A DNA stretch of 64,000 nt from Eledone cirrhosa (Eukaryota): positions 220,658,001-220,722,000 of the forward strand of contig OZ024743.1 in NCBI GenBank assembly GCA_964016885.1, written 5' to 3'. Both the position numbers and the translations under genes were made by a program. Positions 1 through 13,059 of the stretch are shown piece after piece. Position 1 is the first letter of the stretch. Every line of letters begins with the position of its first letter. A model generated the notes under the pieces. It had not been told where the DNA came from. It saw nothing but the letters and a program-made list of their open reading frames with translations, and made no database searches.

Positions 1-751
1 TGCTGGGCCCATGGTACCATGTGACGACAAGTGCAGAGAGATCTCCAGATATAAAGCAATGCCTGTGCCGTGAAGCTTTTATAGTGAGCAAAGGTACTGC
101 ACAAAGCCAGTCCCACTCTCTTAACCAAGATGATATTTACCAAAAAGAAGAACAAGTCAACATCATTGGATACCATCAGGGTTGCAGGTGTTATATCAGT
201 TTTCCTTCTCCTAGAATTCTGCCTTGACAAAGGCTAAGGGGTCATCTCTCCCGGTGATTTTGGATGGCCATTGACTCTTAAGAGCTCCTTTGCCCTTTGA
301 CAGGTTTTGTTTTTAGTCCTGCAGGATGTCCAAAGTCACCCTCCTCACCAAGGTGACTTTACATACATACATACATATATGGTGGCTGCCAACTCGTTTT
401 CGAGTACGGCCACTACTTTATATCCATGTAGGAGAACCCCTACCAATGCGCTGAACGAGTGTGACTTTTTAGTCCAGCCAGCGACTTGAAAACTCTGGTA
501 CAAACACTACACTTGTGACAATTATTGACACATAGTGCTGGGCCCATGGTACCATGTGACAAGTGCAGAGAGATATCCAGATATAAATCAATGCCTGTGC
601 TGTGAAGCTTTTATAGTGAGCAAAGGCACTGCACAAAGCCAGTCCCACTCTCTTAACCAAGATGATATTTACCAAAAAGAAGAACAATTCAACATCATTG
701 GATACCATCAGGGTTGCAGGTGTTATATCAGAGTTTTCCTTCTCCTAGAAT
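1..751. repeat. Tandem direct duplication (1-217 vs 536-751) of an interspersed repeat, units followed by (ACAT)n; possibly RTE-LINE 5'-region related on the minus strand
   Basis: tgctgggcccatggtaccatgtgac...ttctcctagaat occurs at 1 and 536 with few differences; the minus-strand ctaggagaaggaaaact motif resembles RTE 5' UTRs (from memory). Confidence 0.6.
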
Positions 752-945
752 ACATACATACATACATACATACATACATACATACATACATAGATACATA
801 CACACATATATACATATATACATACATACATACATACATATATACATATAAACACAATAACGTGTAAGCAGATATCCGTTGATGTGTGGGCGAAATAAAG
901 CGTACAGGAGAATATTGTACTCTAAGGAATACTCATATACAAACA

Positions 946-993
<48 letters not shown>

Positions 994-1068
994 CACATAC
1001 GCACACACATATATATAGATATATATATTTATATGCAATCACATACACACACCGCTCACATATACATG

Positions 1069-1146
<78 letters not shown>

Positions 1147-1694
1147 CATGTATATATACATATGCATATATATCCATATATATATATATATATATAAATA
1201 CATATATATATACACACGCACGCACACACGCACCCCATATATATATATATATACATATATATATGTACATATACACATATATGTGTGAAAGTATGTGTTT
1301 ATGCCTGTGTGTATGTGCGCATATATATTCGTTTGTGCGTGGGTAAACATCGAAGAGTGTGTATTAGTAACGAACGTAGGTGTAGGTATTCGTGTTTGTG
1401 ATTTTATGCGTTTAGATCACATTCAAAATGTAATATTTATAGTCTAGGAAAGCCTTTGATAAGTTTGTGACTGCAGAGGCGTTGTACTATAAACATTAAC
1501 TGTAAATCTGTATCTATAAAGTGGAACAGCAGTAATAATATGCAATCTGTATTGATAGCTTCAGCAGAAGGTCATTTCTCCAGCTCTATGCTATAATTTC
1601 CCCCGGTGATTATCTGTCCAGGCGTATGTTTAGACTATTTAGTTTTTGAAAACAAGGTCAAAGCCTTAATGTCACTTATTTTCACTATTCACTA

Positions 1695-1733
<39 letters not shown>

Positions 1734-1785
1734 CATGCACGTGTATATATATATATATATGTATATGCATATGTATGTATATATT

Positions 1786-1850
<65 letters not shown>

Positions 1851-1969
1851 CAAATTTATACGGGAACAAAACAGAGAGACAGACAAATATATATATATAA
1901 TTGGTGTTGGATGCTTAAAGCGTCCATATGCGTTAGGCCGTATGAGCACTCGATGCTATATGTACATAT

Positions 1970-2087
<118 letters not shown>

Positions 2088-2476
2088 ATAGTCTGGGAGG
2101 GTCATGTTGCCAATAAGAAACACACGCACAAACATGCTTTCCCTCCAATTTATTATAAATTAAATTTATAAATTTAAGAATTTATAAGTTTCCGGTTGGT
2201 TGGTTAGTTCCATAACCGGGCGGATGTTTATACATTGTCAAAGTTCTTTCGTCACACATTCTGTGACCTCTTCTGTGACTGGGGATTCTTTTCTTTGTTT
2301 TGTGCCTCTCCTTTGTTCTGTCCTACGCCATCTTGTTTTGTGTGTGTTGTGTGCTTAGTTTTCTCATGTGTTACATCCGGGAGTCTGTGTGTGTTTTTAT
2401 TTGTTTATTTATTTGTTTATTTACATGTTACTGGTTGGTTGTTTGTTCTATGTGTGTGTGTGTTTACATTTTGTCC

Positions 2477-2915
2477 TTAATTGTAAGTTGTGATTTTGCT
2501 ATTCCATTCATGTTTTCTATTTAATTTTGGTTGGAGTTCATTTATGTTTATTGCCTCTGTGATTGGTCTAAACATTGCGTCTTTTCTGCGTGTAGATTGT
2601 ATTTTTATTTCTATGTTCTCTAATTTGCCCTTATGTTCTACTTTAACATGTTGGTGGAGTATTGATGATTCTTTTTTATCTTGAAGTTCTGGCCAGTGTT
2701 CATTTAACCGTTCTCCTATACTACGAGCTGTCTCACCTATGTACACTATATTCTTATCTTTACATTGTCCTTCAGTACATCTTATGCTATATACTACATT
2801 TCTAATTTTACAGTTAATATTGGGACTTAGTTTACAGATTATGCATGCCTTATCTATACAAGGTGGTCTTTGAAAAGGGTATGTATTGTTAATAAGTGTT
2901 TTTATGGAGGTACCT
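2477..2915 (-). pseudogene. PLE-A Cys-rich linker and GIY-YIG endonuclease (left arm; frameshifted from the RT)
   Basis: PPCIDKACIICK..NCKIRNVVYSIRC...YIGETARSIGERLNEH..LHQHV..EAININELQPKLNRKHEW. Confidence 0.9.
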
Positions 2916-3128
2916 TATCTTTCTACTATCTCAATATTAAGTTTAAGTTTATATAGAGCCCTTCTAAATTTGTAAGCTAATTCACCTTTAGGGGTTGTAT
3001 TGATGAACATTACACTCTGGTATTTATTGCTATCATACCATGAGTTTATTCTATTAACCTTATTCCTAGTTCTTTCTATTCTATTCCAAAATTTGCTCCT
3101 ATACAAGTGGCAGGTCCCATTTGTATCA

Positions 3129-4177
3129 TTATTTACCATTTTTTTCCCATTTGGTTCTGGCTCCTCTATATACTCTGATTTTATCTCTCTGATTGTAACC
3201 AGAGAACTGCATACGGTGGATGAAGTGTTGTATGTGTCTCTCTAGTTGTTTGGGGTTGCACATGCGGGACACGTTTCTCATCACCCGTACCAAATCAGCA
3301 ATCAGTATGTTGATTTTTGTGTCATCCGAAACAGCTGAGTTTCGGTGGATCAGATATTTGGAAGTCATGGGTTTGGGATAATGGGAATGGAGGATTTGTT
3401 TTTTGTTATTAATGGTTTGTAACCAGAGTTCTGTGTATAGTACATGTAATCGATGGTTGGGGTGTTTGCTTGGGTAGTCTATAGTAACTCTAATACTCTG
3501 GTGGATGGACTTAGCTATTTGCTGGATGCTTTCCATGGTGTTTTTCTCTAATTCCTGACTGTTCTCTAGTGGGGGTGTTTTTACTACGATGTTTATATCA
3601 TCAACGTAGCGGGAGTACATTATCAGGGTTAAGAGGTTGCTGTCTTCTTTAAGTTTAAGTTTAAGTTTATTGTCACACCATACCATGAATAGGTTAGCTA
3701 TGTCACCTGCAATGCTAACACCAATGGCTGCTCCCTCCTCTTGGGCATATGTTTTTCCATTAAATTTGAACATATATTCCTTAGCGGTTAGTTTTATACT
3801 GGCCCCCACCGCATATGCAATCATTTTCTTTAGTTCATCGTGGTTTTCGGGGGTCCGTATGGCTCTGGTCCACCCGTTACATCTTTCTGCGTGGGTTTTC
3901 TTGGCCATTGAGGTAATGGTAGGTGGTCTGCCTCTTGCTGGTCTTGTAGGGCACAGGTTGTTAAGGTCATATGTATCTAGATAATCATTACTATAGGTAA
4001 GTTTAAGTAGGAGTCCCAGCTCACTGGTATCAATCCCACGGAATTCAACATTGCTCTCACTGATCATTTCTACGCTTTTCTCCTCAGCAAAATCCACGTC
4101 AATGGATGGATACAGGGACACAACATCCATACTACCTATTATACAGTCTGTTAGGTCCCTAGATCGGTTATTTTCGC
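3129..4177 (-). pseudogene. PLE reverse transcriptase fragment (motif A to thumb)
   Basis: SMDVVSLYPSI (motif A), YAQEEGAAIGVSIAGDIANLFM (B'), YSRYVDDI (C), YPKPMTSKYLIHRNSA thumb; the start of the ORF-track ORF (4178-4238) comes from the inverted arm. Confidence 0.92.
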
Positions 4178-4211
4178 TGATTCTGCTGATTTGGTACGGG
4201 TGATGTGAAAC

Positions 4212-5000
4212 GTGTCCCGCATGTGCAACCCCAAACAACTAGAGAGACACATACAACACTTCATCCACCGTATGCAGTTCTCTGGTTACAATCAGAGAGA
4301 TAAAATCAGAGTATATAGAGGAGCCAGAAGCAAATGGGAAAAAATGGTAAATAATGATACAAATGGGACCTGCCCCTTGTATAGGAGTAAATTTTGGAAT
4401 AGAATAGAAAGAACTAGGAATAAGGCTAATAGAATAAACTCATGGTATGATAGCAATAAATACCAGAGTGTAATGTTCATCAATACAACCCCTAAAGGTG
4501 AATTAGCTTACAAATTTAGAAGGGCTCTAGATAAACTTAAACTTAATATTAAGATAGTAGAAAGATCAGGTACCTCCATAAAAACACTTATTAGCAATAC
4601 ATACCCTTTTCAAAGACCTCCCTGTATAAGATAAGAAATGCATAATCTGTAAACTAAGCCCCCATATTAACTGTAAAATGTAGTATATAGCATAAGATGT
4701 ACTGAAGGACAATGTAAAGATAAGAATATAGTGTACATAGGTGAGACAGCTCGTAGTATAGGAGAACGGTTAAATGAACACTGGCCAGAACTTCAAGATA
4801 AAAAAGTATCATCAATACTCCACCAACATGTTAAAATAGAACATAAGGGCAAATTAGAGAACATAGAAATAAAAATACAATCTACACACAGAAAAGACGC
4901 AATGTTTAGACCAATCACAGGGGCAATAAACATAAATGAACTCCAACCAAAATTAAATAGAAAACATGAATGGAATAGCAACATCACAACTTACAATTAA
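4212..5000 (+). pseudogene. PLE-A inverted copy of the RT C-terminus, linker and GIY-YIG endonuclease (right arm)
   Basis: ORFs 4212-4634 and 4731-5000 are near-identical to the minus-strand translations at 2477-3290. Confidence 0.9.
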
Positions 5001-5196
5001 GGACAAAATAAAAAAACACACACACAGAAAAAAGAACCAACCAGTAACATGTAAATAAACAAATAAATAAACAAATAAAAACACACACAGATACCCGGAT
5101 GTAACACATGCGCAAACTAAGCACACAACACACACAAAAACAAGATGGCGTAGGACAGAACAAAAGAGAGGCACAAAACAAAGAAAAGAATCCCCA

Positions 5197-5239
5197 GTCA
5201 CTGAAGAGGTCACAGAAGGTGTGACGAAAGAACTTTGAC
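5197..5239 (+). ncRNA. Minimal type I hammerhead ribozyme, PLE-A right pLTR
   Basis: gtca-CTGAAGA-g-gtcaca(gaagg)tgtgac-GAAA-gaac-tt-tgac: stem I gtca/tgac, stem II gtcaca/tgtgac, CUU triplet; the left-arm copy (2237-2279, minus) has CAGAAGA. Confidence 0.8.
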
Positions 5240-5436
5240 AATATATGAACAACCGTCCGCTTATGGAACCAACCAACTGGAAACTTATAAATTCTTAAAT
5301 TTATAAATTTACTTTACAATAAATTGGAGTGAAAGCAACTGGTGCGTGTGTTTCTTTTTGGCAACATGACCCTCCCAAAGTATAACAATATACATATATA
5401 CATATATATATGTACATATGTGATATGTATATATAT

Positions 5437-5772
5437 GGAGGCACATGGCTTAGTGGTTAGAGCATTGGCCTTGCAATCGAAAGGTTGTGAGTTTAATTCT
5501 CAGACCGGGTGATGCGTCGTTTCCTTGAGCAAGACACTTTATTTCACATTGCTCCAGTTTACTCAGCTGTAGAAATGAGATGATAGGGACTGGGGTCCAT
5601 ATCATTCCACTGCAAAGTGGTCGTGGAGGTGCCACGGCAAAAAAGCAGCCAGCCATCACTGTAAATGAGGTTGGTGTTAGGAAGGGCATCCAGCTGTAGA
5701 AATTTAGCCAGAATCAGTTCCCGTCCCTCCCTTGCAAGCAGGGAAAAAGCGGACGTAAAATGAAATGATGAT
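5437..5772 (+). mobile_element. tRNA-derived SINE, family 2 (tRNA head, central domain, RTE-like tail)
   Basis: A-box tggcttagtggt, degenerate B-box gagtttaattctc, ccttgagcaagacactttatttcac core, ggaagggcatccagctgtagaaa tail ending in (tga)n. Confidence 0.75.
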
Positions 5773-5867
5773 AACCAAAGATTAGTATGGTTCGTTGATT
5801 ACTCAACGAATACAATTTTACAATAGATTTGAAGCACTCAACAGTAGGTTTTCCTGGAGTTTTTAAC

Positions 5868-6193
5868 ATTATTCAAAATGTTAATAAATGAAAAATATTC
5901 TCATAATCAAAATATATACTTTATTATACATATTTCAAAAGTACTATGGTGTTTAAGTACGTTTTCATCAGGCAAAATATATGATTTGTTAGGCGATATA
6001 TATATGATTTGATTATTCAATTCCAGTATTGGCAGTACTGGAATTGAATAATCAAAACTGTAGCGGTATGTCGCATATCAAATCATATATTTTGTCTGAT
6101 GAAAACGTACTTAAACACCATAGTACCTTTGAAATATGTATAATAAAGTATATATTTTGATTATGAGAATATTTTTCATTTGTTTACATTTTG

Positions 6194-6199
<6 letters not shown>
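5868..6199. mobile_element. Fold-back palindrome (~330 bp) with an HHR in each arm
   Basis: attattcaaaatg...axis ttccagtatt-ggc-agtactggaa...cattttgaataat; HHRs at 5920-5976 (-) and 6091-6147 (+). Confidence 0.85.
6091..6147 (+). ncRNA. Type I hammerhead ribozyme
   Basis: tttgt-CTGATGA-aaacgtac..gtaccttt-GAAA-tatgta-ta-ataaa; AUA triplet; stem I tttgt/ataaa. Confidence 0.7.
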
Positions 6200-6250
<51 letters not shown>

Positions 6251-6466
6251 TATATATATATATATGTAATTTTTCTTGCGAGTCAGTTCTTTCGTTGCTA
6301 CGGACCCCGCGGCTGAATTACCGGTCGATGTCTTCAATTTGCAAAGCCCTTTAAACTGTACGTTATTACTCTGATCTTTTATGCCTTGTCGAGTGCTTGG
6401 CTGCACTTCTGAGTGCATTCGTCGAGTTAGCTACGGCTCGAGCTTCGAATATGCTGTACTTCCATT

Positions 6467-6601
<135 letters not shown>

Positions 6602-6621
6602 TATATATATATAATATATAT

Positions 6622-6728
<107 letters not shown>

Positions 6729-6748
6729 TATATATATATAATATATAT

Positions 6749-6833
<85 letters not shown>

Positions 6834-6887
6834 CGGCGATGAATTAGTTTTACGAGGTTTTTTATATGAAATCGTGTGTCGAAACAA

Positions 6888-7334
6888 ATATTGTTATACT
6901 TGGGGAGGGTCATATTTGTGTAATAATATTGCCAGAATTAATAACAGAACATACTCACTGTTTGGTTGGTTTTCGCTTCTGTGTCTTTTATATCGGTCAA
7001 TCTAATTTATTCGGTCCTCAATGTTACCATTGACTGACCAACGGTCAAAAATACAGATACAATATAGACACAAACACATATATATAGTCTAACAAAGTTC
7101 TTTCGTTGCACATCTGCAACATCGTCAGTTGTGCTATTACATTTCCTCCCGTTGTATTGTATGCCCACGTCATCTTTATTTACTCTGTTTATATGGTAAA
7201 ATTAAGGACGGAATAAATTAAATTAACCGATATAAAAGACACAGAAGCGAAAACCAACCAAACAGTGAGTGTGTTCTGTTATTAATTCTGGCAATATTAT
7301 TACACAAATATGACCCTCCCCAAGCATAACAATA
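6888..7334. mobile_element. Non-autonomous PLE-A-related mini-element with ~140-bp inverted ends and an internal HHR
   Basis: Ends tattgttatacttgggagggtcat / atgaccctcccaagcataacaata match PLE-A termini; minus-strand CTGACGA-tgttgca..tgcaac-GAAA-gaac-tt at 7091-7133. Confidence 0.8.
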
Positions 7335-7551
7335 TATATATATAAATTGATGGGAGTAGCATGGGTTTCAGTGCTAGTACCGGTTGCATCTCAGTGTACT
7401 CAATATGTAATGTAAAATTCCGGAGTAGACACATAGACACATAATATCATATTTATACAGTTTCTATGAAATAACTTGTAAATAGACAGTAGTTCTTTTA
7501 TGGGTATATACAAGGTCCACTACTTCCGATTGTTTATTTCACACGGGTACA

Positions 7552-7630
<79 letters not shown>

Positions 7631-8291
7631 CGTGGCCTTGTGCCTTTGAACATTTGAGCATTTTATTTCATATTATCACAGTTTACTCAACGATCAAAAA
7701 ACTGTTGTACCTTTTAACTGCACACCTGTCTGTAGAAAACTACGCAACCTACACGTTAATTTCACGAGCATACAATTTGTTTCATTGAACAGTCGGCCTC
7801 GGAGACGACTGAGGTCTAAAAATACTACATATATATAAAGGGTAAGAAAAATGCGTCATGGCAATAATTAGCCAGAATTTGATTATCTGAAATGTATATC
7901 TATGTAGCTTAAAGAAAGAATACAAGCACCAAATGTACTACACACAATGTGAACGGCGTGGGACTTCCTGATTACTTAACTACTGAGTTAACATACCTGC
8001 ATCCTATAATACAATATATATATAATATATAAATTCAAGAGCAAACGGCATGTATAAGAATATGTCAAAGGATACATTGCAAAAAAAGAACGTATGAAAT
8101 ATAAATGAGCGCTATAGATAGTTTAACAAAAAATGAAATAGTGTTTGTAATTTTTCAGACACGACATTTTCAATTATTTTAGTAATACATCCATCTATCT
8201 AATAGTATTTTACACGTTTTTATTGTATGTAAACTTCCCACTTTGTATTTGTCCCCTTCTTTTCTGCCCCTGTGGCTAATAAAGAAACACA

Positions 8292-8348
<57 letters not shown>

Positions 8349-8613
8349 ATCTATCCATATATATATATATATATATATGTATAGAAACATATATATATAT
8401 CCATATATATATATATATATATGTTATAGAAACACGTGTCAATAAATTCCTTTCAACTAAACTGTATCCATTCAAATCTTTATATTTTTCTCCGGATTAC
8501 TTTTGGAACTACAACTGGAACCGTCGAGCAAACTCTACGTGAGCTGATAATCTACTGTGCGTAATATTTATATTACAACACAACGGAAAATACTGTATAT
8601 ATATATATGTATG

Positions 8614-8644
<31 letters not shown>

Positions 8645-8645
8645 T

Positions 8646-8820
8646 TATGGCTTCTACAGGACTAGAACTATTTCATTCGAAGGAAATCATCAGGAAAGCC
8701 TGATGATTTTCTTCGAGTAAAATAGTTCTAGTCCTGTAGAAGTCATTTTTATATCAAACATTATATACTCTGCTATGTATCGAGTACCTTACTGTGGTTA
8801 CTCCCGATCGAACCCGGGAT
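8646..8820 (+). mobile_element. Small fold-back (8646-8746) of a degenerate HHR-bearing PLE end plus a one-sided tail
   Basis: cttctacaggactagaactatttc..tcatcagg-aaag-cctgatga..aaatagttctagtcctgtagaag; the tail actctgctatgtat.gagtacctt..ctgtggttac recurs inverted at 57461-57525. Confidence 0.65.
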
Positions 8821-8874
<54 letters not shown>

Positions 8875-10560
8875 GTATTTGCCTTTCATCCTTACGGGGT
8901 CGATAAAATAAACTACCAGTAATACACTGAGATAATTGCTGACCTTGTGCCAAAAGTAGAAACAATTATATACTCATTAGAAAGTTTAATATAATATGGG
9001 CGCAGTCTAAACTTCCCACCCAGACATAGAACATATCACCCTCTCCCCTTCTCCCTTCTTCCGTGGCCATATAGTCCTTGCTTTCTCCTCCTTTTCCTCT
9101 CATTTATGGCATTTATAGCCCCTTTCTCCTACTTTCATATACAGTCATTTCTTCCCTTCTTTACCCCTTCCCCCTCTGTCTTTTGTTTTAATCTTTTTTC
9201 TTTCTTTTTCTCTCATATTTCCATCAATATTTGTAATGTTATTTATACAACTGTAAAATGATTTGAAAAAATATAAACGTGTGTATATAAAAAAGATTCA
9301 CATATTATATAATATTATGAAAGATCAGTGATTTGATAAAATCGTTAGATGGTCATGTATACTACTTCATGTTTCGTTTAGTCAATTTAAGTTCAGTAAT
9401 CTGAGCTTTGACAACATTGCCATATGTGCTTTTAGGGTTCAATAGAATAAGATAACACACAGTCGGATTGATGTAAATTATCTCCTTTTTTCCTTCTCTT
9501 CCCCACTTTTCATATTCTGTTTCACCTTTTCCCTCTCTCTTGACATCTCGACGCTTTATCCTCCTGGATGAATGACTTTGTACCTAGTTTAGAAACCACT
9601 ATGACAATATAGGCTTCGAGCTGATTGAGTCGTCAGAGCGCCGAATGAAATGCCTTATGTCAGTCGCTACGGTTATATTCAACTCTCTGCCGAGGTCAGT
9701 TATCTCTTGAATCAATAAAATAAGTACTAGATTAGTATTAGGACCGGTGAAATTAATCTACATTCCCTTTCCTGTTCTCGTATCTTCTACAAAATGAATG
9801 ACATTGTGGCTTTTTAAAAATGAACTATGATAATATGGTGATCGTAGAATTGGCAGAATCGTTAGAATGTCAGATAGAATGCTTTGCAATACTTCTCCTG
9901 CCGATGTGAACTTTTACCTTTTATTTCGATGCCGATAAAAAAATTACCACTGGCGTGGACTCATCCTCTATATATTTTTCTCACGTCGTCTATCTCACCA
10001 CCCTATATTACATTTCTTTGGAAGAAATCTATTGTAGAGCGAGGTGGGGCTCCACCAAGTTTAAATTGATCAAGACACGCTGTATATCACTATGGTACCA
10101 CCACGGTGCCATTACTGTGTCACTACGATTCTCCCCGGAGTTAAACATCCATACATACAAACATGACATCATAGGTTAATGGGTGCTACTATGTGAATTA
10201 AATCGAAAAGATATTGCAGGGAACTGAAGCAAACAAATGGATACCTTATTTTAATATGATTCTTTAAAATATTCATTTATTTATTTATCTATTTATTTAT
10301 TTTATTATTTATTTATTTTATTTTTTATTTATGTACTAAGAGTGAGAAATGAAATTTCGTTTCATTTTTTCCATTTATTATTTGTTTATATATAAATAAA
10401 TGGTTATAGTGAGTATGATAAAGTAGATGAAAGCTGTATGTAGAAACTGGATATATAATTGTGATCAGATCATGGAACCGAATATAGGCAGATGAGTTAC
10501 ATCCACCACTGTACGCAGACATACGTATATAGAGACATGAATTAACACACACACACATAC

Positions 10561-10639
<79 letters not shown>

Positions 10640-10718
10640 ATATATATATATGCATACGAATATGTATGTATATATATAAATGTATACGTATATGTATGTA
10701 TATATATGCATATATATA

Positions 10719-10764
<46 letters not shown>

Positions 10765-10786
10765 TTTATATATGCATATATATATG

Positions 10787-10876
<90 letters not shown>

Positions 10877-11430
10877 CATAAATGCATACATACAAAGATA
10901 TATTCACGGATACACATACACATATACACATATACACATATATATATACGCTACACACTACACATACATATAAAAATCGCATGTTTTAGTCTTTAAGATG
11001 GCGTATATCAAATGAAATACTAAAGCAGACTAAAGAAGACACGGGTCGCCAGTGGAAGCTAATGAATCACGTTTGCTATGCTTCTTCCTAAATCTTTATA
11101 TCTCAATAATTTCTCAATCTCTCCCTCCTTCATATTTCTCTGCACGTCTCTTCGTTGCCTTACTTCCTTCCATTTCCTTCTCTATAGGCATATAGACCTA
11201 TAGATATGTGTACATATATATGTGCGTATACGGGTCTGTCTGTGTGTGTGTGTATGTGTCTATGTGTCCATACGTGCTTGTGTGTGTAGTGTGTGTCCGT
11301 GTTTCTGCATATTTGTGTGTGTGTGTGTGTGTGATATGTGGTTGTGTTTGTGTGCGTCTCTGTGTATGTGTGTATGTCTGTGTGTGCGTGTTCCTGCGTG
11401 TTCGTGTGTGTCTGTGTGTGTCTGTGTACG

Positions 11431-11469
<39 letters not shown>

Positions 11470-12360
11470 TAACTGTGTTTGTGCGTGTTTGTGTGTGTGT
11501 GTGTCTGTGTGTGTGTGTCTCTGTGTGTGTGTGTGTATGCATGTGTGTGCGCGTGTCTGCATGTTCGTGTGTCTGCGTGTGTCTGCGTTTGTCTGTGTGT
11601 GCGTGTGTGTGGTATATGTGTTTGTGTGTGTGTCTGTGTATGTGTGGGTGTGTATTCTTGAATGACATTAATCACTGTAATTACAATAGGAACGCAAACA
11701 GACATAGCGACTTGAGCTGACTGACATATTCTAAATAAATAAATAAATAAAGGGAGGTAATTACTAAAAGCAATATAATTTTCCGCTATTCTAATTGTGA
11801 TATATCATCTTCAATCTCAGTTATGTCATTTATGTATCTATGTATGTATGTATGTATGTATGTATGTATGTATGTATGTATGTATGTATGTATGTATTAT
11901 GTATGCATATGTGTGTGTCTGTGTGTGCGTATGTGTTTATGTTTGTCTATGTGTGCGCGTATGTTTTTATGTATGTGTGTATGCACATTTATATGTATTA
12001 GTATGTGTATGTATGGATGTATATGCATGGATGTGTGTGTTTTTGTCTGTGTGGCGTGCGTGTGCGTGTGTACATTGCACGAGAAAGTAACAAAGTCGTT
12101 AGTACATGGAAGGTAATGTTTTGTTTTGGCTCTCATCTCTATGAATTTAAATCGTGCCGAGTTCAACTTTGACTTTCATTGCTTTGAGATCGAAATAGAA
12201 AGTACCAATCCAGTACAATGGCGGGTCTTTATTCTATAACTCTTTCTTATTTCCCTTCTACCATTCACTCTTCTTCTCTGGAAGAAACCGTGTTTACACA
12301 TTGAGAGGGTATAGTCTCTGCTAGGTTTTAAATGCTCAAGCTCCCTTATGACTCTATACG

Positions 12361-12397
<37 letters not shown>

Positions 12398-12443
12398 ATC
12401 CAGTTTACCACTGTGTAGAACTCGCCTTATCCTTTTAATTAAA

Positions 12444-12623
12444 ATAATAATAATAATAATAATTGTTTCTACTTTTTTGGCACAAGGCCAGCAATTACCC
12501 AGTACATTACTGGTACTTTATTTTATCGACCCGGTAGGATGAAAGGCAAAGTGAACCTCGGCGGTATTTGAACTCAGACCGTAAAGGGACGTAACTATGC
12601 TGGAAAGCATGCCGTCCGACTCT
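12444..12623 (-). mobile_element. tRNA-derived SINE, family 1 (5'-truncated)
   Basis: Reverse complement of the gagttcaaat..ccgccgagg..ctttgcctttcatcct..gggtcgataaaataaagtaccag consensus with a (TAA)n tail. Confidence 0.8.
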
Positions 12624-12658
12624 GGCCTCAGCCGGATGGCTGAAACAGGTAAAAGAGT

Positions 12659-12737
<79 letters not shown>

Positions 12738-12780
12738 ATATATATATATATATGTATGTATATATAAATATATATATATA

Positions 12781-12974
12781 GGAAAAAGTATGATCCCGAC
12801 GGCAGAGCTCAAGCCGTTTCGACGGCTATTTCTGGACTCCAGAAATAGCCGCCGAAACGGCTTGAGCTCTGCCGTCGGGGTCATACTTTTTCCTATTACC
12901 CACTCTACTACCCTAAGTATTGAGTACTTATGTGCGTTATGGTTCATCTGGTTCCTTACCACAATTCCTTCCTT
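12781..12974 (+). mobile_element. Family-C fold-back mini-element, copy 1
   Basis: Palindrome 12781-12893 centred at tttctggac/tccagaaa, then a one-sided ~80-bp tail; (TA)n on both sides. Confidence 0.85.
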
Positions 12975-13059
12975 ATATATATATATATATATATATATAA
13001 TTATAAAATGTGGAGAAGGAGCATAGTAGTTAGAATATATATATATATATATATATGAA

